In this document: piece by piece, positions 10,311-19,672 of the stretch | Layout: every line of letters starts with the position of its first letter | Numbering within the stretch: the stretch's first letter is position 1 | Assembly: GCA_937966215.1 (NCBI GenBank) | Contig: CALCKK010000039.1 | Coordinates: 4,452 to 68,451 of the forward strand | Reading direction: 5' to 3' | Length of the DNA: 64,000 nucleotides | Origin: an uncultured Collinsella sp. | Lineage (GTDB): Bacteria > Actinomycetota > Coriobacteriia > Coriobacteriales > Coriobacteriaceae | Position numbers and translations under genes: made by a program | Notes under the pieces: model-generated | Told to the model about the DNA's origin: nothing | Seen by the model: the letters and a program-made list of their open reading frames with translations, nothing else | The model's database searches: none

Positions 10311-11687
10311 ATGCACATGGACCAGCGTTCCGTACGCGATATTCTTGCCGGTAAAACCTACTTTATCCGCACCTTTGGCTGCCAGATGAATCAGCACGAC
10401 TCCGAGCGCGTGAGTGGTCTGCTCGATTCGTATGGTTGCCTCATGGCGCTCGATCCCGAGCATGCCGATATTGTTGTCTTCATGACATGCTGCGTGCGCG
10501 AGGCCGCCGATACTCGCCTGTACGGTCAGTGCAATTCCTGCAAAAGCCTGCCGCCTTCGCCTTCGGGCAAGCGCGTGGTTGCCGTGGGTGGCTGTATCGC
10601 GCAGCGCGATGGCGAGGGTCTGCTCACCAACGTCGATAATGTCAATGTCATTTTTGGCACGCATTCCATCGCACATGTGGCCGAGCTCATTGCCGAGGCG
10701 TTCCTTGATGGTAAGCGTCATATCCGTACCAATGAGCATGAGGATACGGATGCCATGAGCATGCCGTGGCATCGCGAGACCCAGTATCACGCTTGGGTGC
10801 CCATCATGACAGGCTGCAATAATTTCTGCACCTACTGCATCGTGCCGTACGTTCGCGGTCGCGAAAAGAGCCGCCCCTTCGAGGAGATTGTCGACGAGGT
10901 GACCGGTCTGGTGCGCCAGGGCGTGCGCGAGATCACACTTTTGGGCCAAAACGTTAACTCATATGGTCGCGATCTGTTTGGCAAGCCGCGTTTTGCCGAT
11001 TTGCTGCGCGCCGTGGGCGATACGGGTGTGGAGCGTATCTTCTTTACGTCTTCGCATCCCAAGGATCTGTTGCCCGAGACCATCGACGCCATGGCCGAGA
11101 CGCCTGCCGTTATGCCGCAGCTGCACTTGGCCGTCCAGTCAGGTTCGACGCGGATCCTCAAAGAGATGAATCGCCGTTATACACGCGAGGACTATCTGGG
11201 CCTGGTCGATCGCATTCGCAACCGCATGCCCGATATCGCGCTCTCGACTGACATTATCGTCGGCTTCCCGGGCGAGACTGAAGAAGACTTTGAGCAGACG
11301 CTCTCACTTGCCGAGACGGTCCGTTATGCTCAGGCCTATACCTTCATCTATTCCAAGCGCGCCGGTACCCCGGCCGCCGAGATTGACGATCCTACGCCGC
11401 ATGAGGTTATTCTCGAGCGTTTCAACCGCCTGGTTAAGGTTATCGAGACCACGGCACACGAGTATAACCAGGGTGAGCTCCATACTGTGGTGCCGGCGCT
11501 CATTGAGGGAACGAGTAAAAAGAACGACGCGGTCCTGCTGGGTAAGAGTCCCAAGAATCAGACCGTGCATGCGCCCATCCCCGAGGGCTACAGCATCGAT
11601 CAGCTTGTTGGCAAGATCGTTGATGTTGACGTTGACGTTGCCAAGACCTGGTATTTGTCAGGCTCCGTTGTGGGCGAGCCGCGCTAA
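10311..11687 (+). CDS. miaB: tRNA-2-methylthio-N6-dimethylallyladenosine synthase MiaB
   Basis: YFIRTFGCQMNQHDSERVSGLL, radical-SAM MTGCNNFCTYCIVPYVRGREKSR and a TRAM C-terminus. It is followed by miaA. Confidence 0.93.
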   Translation: MHMDQRSVRDILAGKTYFIRTFGCQMNQHDSERVSGLLDSYGCLMALDPEHADIVVFMTCCVREAADTRLYGQCNSCKSLPPSPSGKRVVAVGGCIAQRDGEGLLTNVDNVNVIFGTHSIAHVAELIAEAFLDGKRHIRTNEHEDTDAMSMPWHRETQYHAWVPIMTGCNNFCTYCIVPYVRGREKSRPFEEIVDEVTGLVRQGVREITLLGQNVNSYGRDLFGKPRFADLLRAVGDTGVERIFFTSSHPKDLLPETIDAMAETPAVMPQLHLAVQSGSTRILKEMNRRYTREDYLGLVDRIRNRMPDIALSTDIIVGFPGETEEDFEQTLSLAETVRYAQAYTFIYSKRAGTPAAEIDDPTPHEVILERFNRLVKVIETTAHEYNQGELHTVVPALIEGTSKKNDAVLLGKSPKNQTVHAPIPEGYSIDQLVGKIVDVDVDVAKTWYLSGSVVGEPR

Positions 11688-12625
11688 TGGTTTCTCCCGG
11701 GGCAGGTCTTTCCGCCGTTGCGATCGTCGGTCCGACGGCGGTTGGTAAGAGCGATGTTGCCGACCGTTTGGCAGCTTGTCTTTCGTCCGAAGTGCTGTCG
11801 TGCGATGCGATGCAAATCTATCGCGGCATGGACATCGGTACTGCAAAGATGACGCCCGATGAGTGTACGGCGCCGCTGCGTCTCGTCGACATTGTAGAGC
11901 CGGGTGTGGCATATTCTGCTGCGCTTTATCAGGCTGACGCTCGTGTGCATGTTGAGCGTCTCCTTGGTTCGGGTTGCCTGCCGGTTTTTTGCGGAGGTAC
12001 GGGGCTGTATCTCAAGGCCGCCCTCGATGAGTTGGACTTTCCCTCGGGTGAACTTGAGGACGATCGCCGTGCGGGCTATCAGGAGCTTGCCGAGCGTATT
12101 GGCGAGGATGAACTGCATGCCCTGCTTGCCGAGCGCGATCCAGAATCGGCTGCTGTTATTCATCCCCATAACGTGCGGCGTGTGATTCGCGCGCTCGAAA
12201 TGCACGATGATGGCGTTTCCTATGCGCAGCAAAAGTCGCAGTTTAGTGTTCCGCGCGAGCATTATCATGCGTTATGGTTTGGCCTAACGCGAAATCGCGA
12301 GGTGCTCTATGAACGCATTAACCTGCGCGTCGATCTGATGTTTGAGCAGGGTCTTGTCGATGAGGTCCGCGGTCTTATGGACCAGGGGCTGGGAGATGCC
12401 CTGACGTCGATGCAGGCAATTGGCTATAAAGAGATCATCGATGCTTTCAATGGCGTGATAAGCATGGATGAGGCTCGCGAACTCATTAAGATGCGTTCGC
12501 GTCGTTATGCCAAGCGTCAGCTTTCGTGGTTTAAGCGCGATGACCGTATTGTGTGGTTTGATATGGATGTATGTACGATCGATGAGGCCGTTGAGGATAT
12601 CCTGCATCGTATCGAGGCTGCCTAA
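11687..12625 (+). CDS. miaA: tRNA dimethylallyltransferase MiaA
   Basis: P-loop IVGPTAVGKSDVA, MQIYRGMDIGTAK and a RQLSWFKRD C-terminal motif. Confidence 0.93.
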   Translation: MVSPGAGLSAVAIVGPTAVGKSDVADRLAACLSSEVLSCDAMQIYRGMDIGTAKMTPDECTAPLRLVDIVEPGVAYSAALYQADARVHVERLLGSGCLPVFCGGTGLYLKAALDELDFPSGELEDDRRAGYQELAERIGEDELHALLAERDPESAAVIHPHNVRRVIRALEMHDDGVSYAQQKSQFSVPREHYHALWFGLTRNREVLYERINLRVDLMFEQGLVDEVRGLMDQGLGDALTSMQAIGYKEIIDAFNGVISMDEARELIKMRSRRYAKRQLSWFKRDDRIVWFDMDVCTIDEAVEDILHRIEAA

Positions 12626-13914
12626 TGGCCCGTTTCCCCCTTGTTCCCACGGCACCCGAGCCCGAGCGTGCCATTTTAGTTGGTGTTGAGTGGCGCGACA
12701 ATGCATGGCCACTCAATCGATCGCTCGATGAGCTGGAGCGCCTTGCCCACACGGCTGGTGCCCAGTGCGTGGCTCGCTTGTCTCAGCGTTTGGTAAAGCC
12801 GTATCCCAAATCATTTATCGGTTCCGGTAAGGTAGAGGAGCTTTGCGGCCTGGTACATCGCATGGATGCCGATGTCGTTATTTTTGATGACGACCTGACG
12901 CCCTCGCAGCAGTCCTATTTGGAGAAAGCCGTGGGCGAGCCGGTGAAGATTATCGATCGTACAGCACTGATCCTGGATATCTTTGGCCTGCATGCTCAGA
13001 CGCGTGAGGGACGCCTACAGGTACAGCTGGCACAGCTTCAGTATCTGTTGCCTCGTCTGCGCGGCATGTGGAGCCATCTTGCCAAGGAGCAGACGCGCGG
13101 CGGCATCGGCTCACGCTTTGGTCAGGGCGAAAGTCAACTCGAGGTCGACCGTCGCCTCATTCGCAATAAGATCGCTGCGCTCCGTCGTGAGCTCAAGCAG
13201 GTTGAACAGCGTCGTGATGTTCAATCCAAGAGTCGCATTGAGTCGCCGGCGTTTCGCGTCGCATTAGCCGGCTATACCAATGCCGGTAAATCGACGTTGC
13301 TCAATCGTTTAACCGGCTCGACGGTACTTTCGCAGGACAAGCTGTTTGCTACGCTCGACCCGACGACGCGTTCGTATCGTTTGCCCGGCGGTCGCGGCAT
13401 GACGATTACCGATACCGTCGGCTTTATTCAAAAGCTGCCGCATGGTCTGGTCGATGCCTTTAAATCAACGCTGTCCGAGGTGTTGGGTGCCGATCTAATT
13501 CTCAAAGTCGTAGATGCGTTTGATGAGGACTATGAGCGGCAGCTGGAGGCTGTCGACCGCGTGCTTGATGAGATCGGCGCCGGAGAGCGTTTGACGCTGG
13601 CCGTATTCAATAAAATCGATCTTCTCGACAGCGTTGATCGATTGAGTTTCCGTCGTCGCTATCCCGAGGCCGTTCTGTTCTCGGCCCAAACGGGCGAGGG
13701 GCTCGATGATCTCGTCGATCGCATTGCTCGCGAGGCGGCTGCCACCGATGTGTTGCTCTCCGCTGATATCCCGTATTGCGAGGGCGCCCTCATCACGCTG
13801 GTGCATGAACAGGGAACCCTTCTGCATGAAGAATATCTCGAGAACGGCGTTCGAATTGTGGCGAAGTTGCCGGCCCGAATCGCGCCGCGTCTCGAGCGCT
13901 ATCGTACGGAATAA
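12625..13914 (+). CDS. hflX: GTPase HflX
   Basis: HflX N-terminal domain (IFDDDLTPSQQSYLEK, QVQLAQLQYLLPRL) and G domain (GYTNAGKSTLLNRLTG, DTVGF, NKID). Confidence 0.93.
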   Translation: MARFPLVPTAPEPERAILVGVEWRDNAWPLNRSLDELERLAHTAGAQCVARLSQRLVKPYPKSFIGSGKVEELCGLVHRMDADVVIFDDDLTPSQQSYLEKAVGEPVKIIDRTALILDIFGLHAQTREGRLQVQLAQLQYLLPRLRGMWSHLAKEQTRGGIGSRFGQGESQLEVDRRLIRNKIAALRRELKQVEQRRDVQSKSRIESPAFRVALAGYTNAGKSTLLNRLTGSTVLSQDKLFATLDPTTRSYRLPGGRGMTITDTVGFIQKLPHGLVDAFKSTLSEVLGADLILKVVDAFDEDYERQLEAVDRVLDEIGAGERLTLAVFNKIDLLDSVDRLSFRRRYPEAVLFSAQTGEGLDDLVDRIAREAAATDVLLSADIPYCEGALITLVHEQGTLLHEEYLENGVRIVAKLPARIAPRLERYRTE

Positions 13915-14603
13915 ACGAGTTCTAGTACGCCTAGAATGACAGGCTGATGGAGCAGGTAGAACGGTAAGGCATGCCGACCAAGGACTGTGAGCGCCGGGAT
14001 GGGATTGGCGTATGCCCATTCGGGCGCTTCGAGGCTTGATGCTTGTGCTACCTGGGCAGCAAAATAGCCGGTAAGGTACATAAAGACAAACGGAATGAGC
14101 GGATAGTAGTCTCCCGATATAAAACCCGGGCCCGGAAATCCTAGCCATGCCAGGTAGGGGAGTGGGTAGACCGCTTTTGGAATGCCCCAGGTTAGGGCAA
14201 AAAGAACAAGGCAAGCCGCGATGCCCCACGAGCCCGGTAATTTTTGGAGTAGCGGACGGGTGAGTGCAACCACCGCGGTGCACGCCGCCATGCAATAAAT
14301 GATGCCAAAGTTCACTGAATCGTCGACCGATACGACCGTTGTTGCGATCCAGACGACCAAAGCTGCGGCAGCGTACTTGGCCGCTCGTTTAGCATTGTTG
14401 CGTGAGAGCGTGCACATCCAACCCGCGATAAACAAAAATACCCAGCTGATGCTGGCGCGCCAGATGTCTTGAAAGACAGTCTGGGTAAACCAGGGCATAT
14501 CCCAGTCGTACAGGTAGGCGAGATCATAGCAAGCGTGAAAACCTGCCATTGAAATCATCGTAAACCCGCGGACGGTATCAAAGATGGTGATGCGTTTTTG
14601 CAT
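13899..14603 (-). CDS. DUF1624-like (heparan-alpha-glucosaminide N-acetyltransferase-like) membrane protein
   Basis: The N-terminus RITIFDTVRGFTMISMAGFHACYDL and at least six hydrophobic helices resemble the DUF1624 family. The family was assigned from memory. Confidence 0.55.
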   Translation of the reverse strand: MQKRITIFDTVRGFTMISMAGFHACYDLAYLYDWDMPWFTQTVFQDIWRASISWVFLFIAGWMCTLSRNNAKRAAKYAAAALVVWIATTVVSVDDSVNFGIIYCMAACTAVVALTRPLLQKLPGSWGIAACLVLFALTWGIPKAVYPLPYLAWLGFPGPGFISGDYYPLIPFVFMYLTGYFAAQVAQASSLEAPEWAYANPIPALTVLGRHALPFYLLHQPVILGVLELVYSVR

Positions 14604-15247
14604 TACGAGAACCGGCGCATCAAGCCAACGACTTTGCCCAAGATAACGGGATTCGTTGCATAGATAGGCTCCATGGTGTCATTCTCAGGCTGCAGGCGTA
14701 CGCGTCCCTGCTCCTTGTAGAACGTCTTGACGGTCGCTGAACCATCAATCATGGCCACGACAATTTCGCCGTTCATGGCACTCTTTTGTTCACGGACGAT
14801 GATGTAATCGCCATTGAAGATGCCGACATTGATCATTGAGCTCCCATGCACCTCAAGGATAAAGGAACCCTGATCGGTGGCGATTTCGGTCGGGATAGTA
14901 AACGTGTCTTCGATATTCTGCTCGGCCAGAATGGGAATCCCAGCCGCGACGCGACCAACGAGCGGTAGCGAGACCGTCCCGCGAGGTGCGGAGGGCTCGT
15001 CAGATTTAGAAATTGAGACCGAGGAGCCGTCTTCGTTAAAGAGTTCCAGGGCGCGCGGTTTGGTGGCATCGCGCTTGAGTAGCCCGCGCGCCTCCAGGGC
15101 AGAGAGATGAGCGTGCACGGTGCTGGGGGAGGAAAGGCCCACGGCAGAAGCCATCTCGCGCACGCTGGGCGGATAACCCTTCTCCTGCTGATATTCCTTG
15201 ATGAAGTCGTAAATTTGCTGCTGACGCTTGGTAATTTTGCGAGCCAT
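14603..15247 (-). CDS. lexA: LexA repressor
   Basis: wHTH (YPPSVREMASAVGLSSPSTVHAHLSALEARGLLKR), cleavage region GRVAAGIP and S24 peptidase Ser/Lys (HGSSM ... SATVKTF). Start taken at Met36 of the tracked ORF (ATG 15247). Confidence 0.95.
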   Translation of the reverse strand: MARKITKRQQQIYDFIKEYQQEKGYPPSVREMASAVGLSSPSTVHAHLSALEARGLLKRDATKPRALELFNEDGSSVSISKSDEPSAPRGTVSLPLVGRVAAGIPILAEQNIEDTFTIPTEIATDQGSFILEVHGSSMINVGIFNGDYIIVREQKSAMNGEIVVAMIDGSATVKTFYKEQGRVRLQPENDTMEPIYATNPVILGKVVGLMRRFS

Positions 15248-15299
15248 CAGGGCGTCCTCTCTACCCATGTCAAACAAATGTTCGAATTTTGCTTGACAG

Positions 15300-15311
15300 G
15301 AACAACTGTTC
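15300..15311. promoter_or_regulatory. SOS box 1 in the lexA / LysM-gene divergent region
   Basis: GAACAACTGTTC (GAAC-N4-GTTC) lies in the spacer between TTGACA (15293-15298) and GATAAT (15315-15320) of a plus-strand promoter facing the LysM gene. Confidence 0.65.
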
Positions 15312-15326
15312 GAAGATAATAATAAC

Positions 15327-15339
15327 CGAACATTCGTTC
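15327..15339. promoter_or_regulatory. SOS box 2 in the lexA / LysM-gene divergent region
   Basis: CGAACATTCGTTC (GAAC-N4-GTTC), 16 nt from box 1 and upstream of lexA on the minus strand. Confidence 0.65.
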
Positions 15340-15407
15340 TCGCGCCAGACATTTTTGTCCGCGCGGCTTGATAAAACTGTTCTCAGCAAAACACGCGAGA
15401 GGAGAAC

Positions 15408-15860
15408 ATGATGAATGCAACGAATATGGTCCAGGGAAACCTCGCCCTTAAGCTCGAGACGTCTGCAGAACCCACTTTTACGGTTGTTCAAGGTGGCCGC
15501 TCCGGCTTTCAGCCTATGACTGTAAAGCCTTCTCGCAATCAGCAGACTGTAGCCGCGCCTGCCCGCGTTGCCCTGAAGGTTTCGACGATTGTCGCCGTTG
15601 CCGTTGCGCTTACGCTCTTCTTTGTCCTCGCTACGTCTGTCTTTAGCGCTCGTCACGCTGCGTATGCCGAGTCCGTTTCCAATGTAACCTACGAGACCGT
15701 TCGCGTTCAGCCTGGCGATTCTCTTTGGTCGCTCGCCGAGGAATATCCAATCGAAGGCCTTTCCACGCAAGAGACTTCCGACATGATCCGTAACGTCAAT
15801 CATCTGGAGCATGGTTCGCTCGCCGCCGGTGCGCATCTTAAGGTTCCTGCTCGTTCGTAA
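15408..15860 (+). CDS. LysM-domain membrane protein (YneA/ChiZ-like position, putative SOS-induced)
   Basis: One TM helix (VSTIVAVAVALTLFFVLATSVF) and a C-terminal LysM domain (YETVRVQPGDSLWSLAEEY...GAHLKVP). It is divergent from lexA with SOS boxes in its promoter. Confidence 0.8.
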   Translation: MMNATNMVQGNLALKLETSAEPTFTVVQGGRSGFQPMTVKPSRNQQTVAAPARVALKVSTIVAVAVALTLFFVLATSVFSARHAAYAESVSNVTYETVRVQPGDSLWSLAEEYPIEGLSTQETSDMIRNVNHLEHGSLAAGAHLKVPARS

Positions 15861-15911
15861 TCATTATCGCGCTGCGCATGGTACCCTTGTTATCGTTTAA
15901 GAGGAGGTACC

Positions 15912-16355
15912 ATGCGCTGTCCCAAATGCGGCAAGGCACATACCCGCGTCGTTGATTCCCGTATGCAGGAGTCAAATAACACCATTAAGCGCCGTCGCGA
16001 ATGTTGCTCGTGTAACTATCGCTTTACAACGTTCGAGCGATGCGAAGACCCAATCGAGGTCATTAAGTCGGACGGAACCAAGCAGCGGTTCGATCGCAAT
16101 AAGCTGCTCGTCGGCTTGATGCGCGCCACCATCAAGCGCGATATCGACACTAAGAAGCTCAATGAGCTTATCGACGACATCGAGGTCGAGCTTCGTTCTC
16201 GCACGCTGACGGCCGTCACGTCCCATGAGTTAGGTGACATGGTGCTCAAGCGTTTGGCCAGGATCGACAAGGTAGCGTACATTCGCTTTGCCTCGGTCTA
16301 CCGTGATTTCAAAGACGTCGATGAGTTTCTGCAAGAGCTCGACAAGCTAAGGTGA
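15912..16355 (+). CDS. nrdR: Transcriptional repressor NrdR
   Basis: Zinc ribbon MRCPKCG...[12 protein letters not shown] followed by an ATP-cone. Confidence 0.95.
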   Translation: MRCPKCGKAHTRVVDSRMQESNNTIKRRRECCSCNYRFTTFERCEDPIEVIKSDGTKQRFDRNKLLVGLMRATIKRDIDTKKLNELIDDIEVELRSRTLTAVTSHELGDMVLKRLARIDKVAYIRFASVYRDFKDVDEFLQELDKLR

Positions 16356-16359
16356 TTCC

Positions 16360-16803
16360 ATGTCCAACATTACCGTCAATATAAAGCGTCTCGACCCCAC
16401 CGTCGAGCTTCCCAAATACGCCCATCCTACGGATGCCGGCCTTGACCTGCGTTCCAACGAGGACTGCGTTCTGAAGCCCTTCGAACGCCGTCTGGTCTCT
16501 ACTGGGCTGGCCATCGCCCTGCCCGATGGCTACGCCGGCTTCGTTCAGCCCCGCAGCGGCCTGGCCATTAAGCAAGGCCTGTCTATAGTCAACACTCCTG
16601 GCCTCATCGACGCCCACTACCGAGGAGAGCTTAAAGTCATCCTCATCAACCTAGACCCCACGAACAACATCCAAATCAACAAAGGCGACCGCATCGCCCA
16701 ACTCGTCATCCAAGAAGTCCCCACGGTCAACCTCGTAGAAGTACAAGAACTAGACGAAACCGACCGAGGCAAAGGAGGCTTCGGCTCCAGCGGCGTAGCC
16801 TAG
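16360..16803 (+). CDS. dut: dUTP diphosphatase
   Basis: Trimeric dUTPase motifs [25 protein letters not shown] and [10 protein letters not shown]. Confidence 0.95.
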   Translation: MSNITVNIKRLDPTVELPKYAHPTDAGLDLRSNEDCVLKPFERRLVSTGLAIALPDGYAGFVQPRSGLAIKQGLSIVNTPGLIDAHYRGELKVILINLDPTNNIQINKGDRIAQLVIQEVPTVNLVEVQELDETDRGKGGFGSSGVA

Positions 16804-16820
16804 TCATTTACGTACTGTCC

Positions 16821-16922
16821 GCTGACCGGCCCGACCGCCTATATATCATCCCATGCTCAAACATTCTCGCTTCGCTGCGAAACTGCGCGTGGGACGATAT
16901 ATAGGCGGTCGGGCCGGTCAGC
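16821..16922. repeat. 33-bp inverted repeat (1 mismatch) separated by 36 bp
   Basis: gctgaccggcccgaccgcctatatatcatccca (16821-16853) pairs with tgggacgatatataggcggtcgggccggtcagc (16890-16922). It is flanked by a direct near-repeat, tttacgtactgtccgctg / tttacgcactgccagctg. Confidence 0.85.
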
Positions 16923-17095
16923 TGCGTTTACGCACTGCCAGCTGCGCCGGATCCTCATATTAGAAGCTGCAAAGGTGAACCAAAGTAATTAATTGCAGTT
17001 AGCAGATGCGGCAAAGGGATTGCTTCTTTGTCGCATCTGCATATCAGAAAGATTGATTATTGTTTTCAAGCGGGCGGGAGGGATACGAGCGCCCC

Positions 17096-17128
17096 GCGAG
17101 AATGTTTGAGCATGGGATGATATATAGG
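17096..17128. repeat. Inverted 33-nt copy of the 16838-16870 segment
   Basis: gcgagaatgtttgagcatgggatgatatatagg is the exact reverse complement of cctatatatcatcccatgctcaaacattctcgc at 16838-16870. Confidence 0.85.
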
Positions 17129-17159
17129 GGCCTCCCGCAGGTAAGCGGACATAAAGACG

Positions 17160-18500
17160 CTAGCGGATATGCGCGGGTTTTCCGCCCCAGTAGAAGCGGC
17201 AGAAGGCTCGTTTGCGCTTTTGGGGTTTGCCTACGAGCTCCATGGTTGCGATGGCTATGTCTTCGGCTGCGTGGGGGCGGCGTAGTACTTCGCCGTTGAT
17301 GAGTAGGGCTTTGAGTGATTCGGGATGGTCGTGCAAGTGACGTAGGGTAACGATGAGCTCTCGTGCGGTGGTGACATGCATGCTGGCGCCCATGCCGGTG
17401 AGCATGGTGGTGTTGGCCTTTTCCTGGCCATAGGACTTGCCCAGCAGAATCATCGGCAGATGTGCGCATAGGCACTCGGTGACCGTGAGTCCGCCCGATT
17501 TGAGAATTGCCAGGTCGCAGCCGTGCATAAGCGCTGCCATATCATCGACATAGTCCAGAACCGTGACGTTTTCGAGCTTCATGGCGTCGAAGAGCGTTTT
17601 GAGGCGGGTGGCATATTCGGTGTCTTTGCCCGGCAAAAAGACAAAGTGCATGTCTTCGAAGCTGCGTAGGAAGGGGAGGGTGCGGTCCATCTCCGCGCGA
17701 AAGCGAACGTACGGTTGAGGCAAACTGGCACCGGCCATTACCAGCACGACGGTCTTCTCGGTGGGGAGGTTGAACTTAGCTAGCTCTTCCTCGCGATCGT
17801 AATCCGTGTCGAATCCGGCGCGAATAGGAATGCCGGTAATGCGAATCTTTGTCTCGAGCACCTTGCGCGGACGCAGCGTTTCGGCCATAAATTCGTTGGC
17901 AACACAGAATAAATCGGTGTCCTTGTGGGGCCACCATCCCTCGACTTCGTAGTCGGTCGGTACGCAGATGACCGGATAATCGATACCCGTAATTACGCGG
18001 GCGCCCACGGCAACATTGGCTGCTGTGATGTGCGTTGCAACCACGGCTATGGGCCTGCGGCTACGAATATATTCGTTGAAGGCGGGGAACATAATTCGCG
18101 ACCATGCCGTTCCGCCACCCCAGAGAAGATGTCCCGTAAGCGTATATCGCCAGGTCAGGTCGTAAATGGGGCGCGTGGCTCCCGTAAAAGAAGCCGCGGT
18201 CTTATTGCCGTCGAATTTAATACGTCCAAAATCAAGGATATCGAGCACTTCAATCTCAATATCCTCGGGGATGCCATTGGTGCCGCGGATGAGGTCGAAT
18301 GCCTGCGCTATCGCATTTGCGGCGGCCTTGTGGCCCGAGCCAACGGAGGCATGCACGATGGTCACGAGAGGTTTTTGCTGAGCCAGGAGCGTGGTTTGCT
18401 CCGATTGGGGAGTGCTGTGCGTGAGCAGGGGAGCGTCGTCACTCGTCTGCGCCTGGTCCATCGATAACTCCCCTTCAGCTTTGTAATACGGATTTATCAT
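17160..18500 (-). CDS. Diacylglycerol glycosyltransferase (MGDG-synthase/UgtP-like, GT28 family)
   Basis: N-terminal IVHASVGSGHKAAANAIAQAF and C-terminal LKSGGLTVTECL...GQEKANT are typical of MGDG synthase-like processive glycosyltransferases. The start may be an internal Met. Confidence 0.8.
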   Translation of the reverse strand: MINPYYKAEGELSMDQAQTSDDAPLLTHSTPQSEQTTLLAQQKPLVTIVHASVGSGHKAAANAIAQAFDLIRGTNGIPEDIEIEVLDILDFGRIKFDGNKTAASFTGATRPIYDLTWRYTLTGHLLWGGGTAWSRIMFPAFNEYIRSRRPIAVVATHITAANVAVGARVITGIDYPVICVPTDYEVEGWWPHKDTDLFCVANEFMAETLRPRKVLETKIRITGIPIRAGFDTDYDREEELAKFNLPTEKTVVLVMAGASLPQPYVRFRAEMDRTLPFLRSFEDMHFVFLPGKDTEYATRLKTLFDAMKLENVTVLDYVDDMAALMHGCDLAILKSGGLTVTECLCAHLPMILLGKSYGQEKANTTMLTGMGASMHVTTARELIVTLRHLHDHPESLKALLINGEVLRRPHAAEDIAIATMELVGKPQKRKRAFCRFYWGGKPAHIR

Positions 18501-18579
18501 TGTAGTGCATGAGTGTCACGTTCACGTAAATTTGGGTACGAGCGCAAAGAACGACAACGTTTCGACGAAAGGACGCTTC

Positions 18580-19518
18580 ATGACTACCGATAAGCCGATC
18601 GATGTTGCGATTATCGGTGGCGGCCCCGCGGGCTATGCTGCCGCCATTTATGCTGCGCGTGCCAACCTGACGACGACCGTGATTGAGCAGGGCATGTCGG
18701 GAGGGCAGATCGCCACAACCAATGAGGTCGAGAACTATCCGGGTTTCCCGCTCCTGAGTGGCGCCGAACTCGGCGAGCGTTTTCAGCAGCATGCAGAGGG
18801 CCTGGGAGCACAGGTTACATGGAGCATGGTTACGGGTATCGATTACGATGCCGATGCAGCGTTGTTTACGGTGCATCACGATATGGGCGATACGCTGGCC
18901 TCGAGCGTTATCGCTTGCATGGGTGCCACGCCGCGTCCGGCAGGTTTCGCAGGCGAGGATACGTATCGCGGTCGTGGCGTTTCATATTGCGCAACATGTG
19001 ACGGCATGTTTTTCCGCGGCAAGCAGGTTTTTGTAATCGGTGGTGGCAATTCGGCATGCGAAGAGGCGCTGTTCCTGTCCGACATTGCCAGCAGTGTGAC
19101 CATCGTGCTGCGCCGCGACCAGTTCCGTGCGCCCGATGGTGTTGTTCAGAAAGTACTCGCAAAGGACAATATTACAGTTAGGTACCAAACTAGTATTGTG
19201 GAGCTATCGGGCGAAGCCATGCCAACGACGATTACCTTTAAGGACAATGCATCTGGGGAAACTCATGCCGAGTCATTTGAGCCCGGCTCGTTTGGCATCT
19301 TTGTCTTTACGGGGACGCAGCCACATACCGAGCTTGTTGAGCATCTAGTCGATCTGGCTCCCGACGGCGGTATTGTTACCGATGATTCGATGGCCACCCG
19401 TACGCCCGGCTTATTCGCAGCTGGCGATATCCGTTCCAAGCGTTTACGCCAGGTTGTGACTGCCGTTTCTGACGGAGCCATAGCGGCAACCGGCGCATAC
19501 GCTTTTCTACGCGGATAA
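18580..19518 (+). CDS. trxB: Thioredoxin-disulfide reductase
   Basis: FAD motif IIGGGPAGYAAAIYAAR, redox centre CATCDG, NADPH motif GGGNSACEEA and GDI. The ATG at 18580 follows gaaagga. Confidence 0.93.
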   Translation: MTTDKPIDVAIIGGGPAGYAAAIYAARANLTTTVIEQGMSGGQIATTNEVENYPGFPLLSGAELGERFQQHAEGLGAQVTWSMVTGIDYDADAALFTVHHDMGDTLASSVIACMGATPRPAGFAGEDTYRGRGVSYCATCDGMFFRGKQVFVIGGGNSACEEALFLSDIASSVTIVLRRDQFRAPDGVVQKVLAKDNITVRYQTSIVELSGEAMPTTITFKDNASGETHAESFEPGSFGIFVFTGTQPHTELVEHLVDLAPDGGIVTDDSMATRTPGLFAAGDIRSKRLRQVVTAVSDGAIAATGAYAFLRG

Positions 19519-19560
19519 GTACGATAATATATCTTATGTAAGGTTGCTATCTTTACACAA

Positions 19561-19602
19561 AGTGGTTGGACGATGCATCAATGTGTTGTCCAACCACTTT
19601 TA
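19561..19602 (+). terminator. Rho-independent terminator after trxB
   Basis: agtggttggac-(16 nt)-gtccaaccact, an 11-bp perfect stem, followed by tttt. Confidence 0.7.
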
Positions 19603-19672
19603 CTTGCCGGCTATGTGGTATGCAAAACTAGATAACCTAGAATACAATATAGAAAATGAACGGAGGACCTTT

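Noticed and set aside
17060-17299. A 79-aa plus-strand ORF starting inside the repeat copy (MFEHGMIYR...).
   Set aside because: Beyond the repeat it runs antisense through the 3' end of the glycosyltransferase gene with an Arg/Gly-rich translation. The other copy of the same start gives only an 18-codon ORF. It is treated as repeat sequence rather than a gene.
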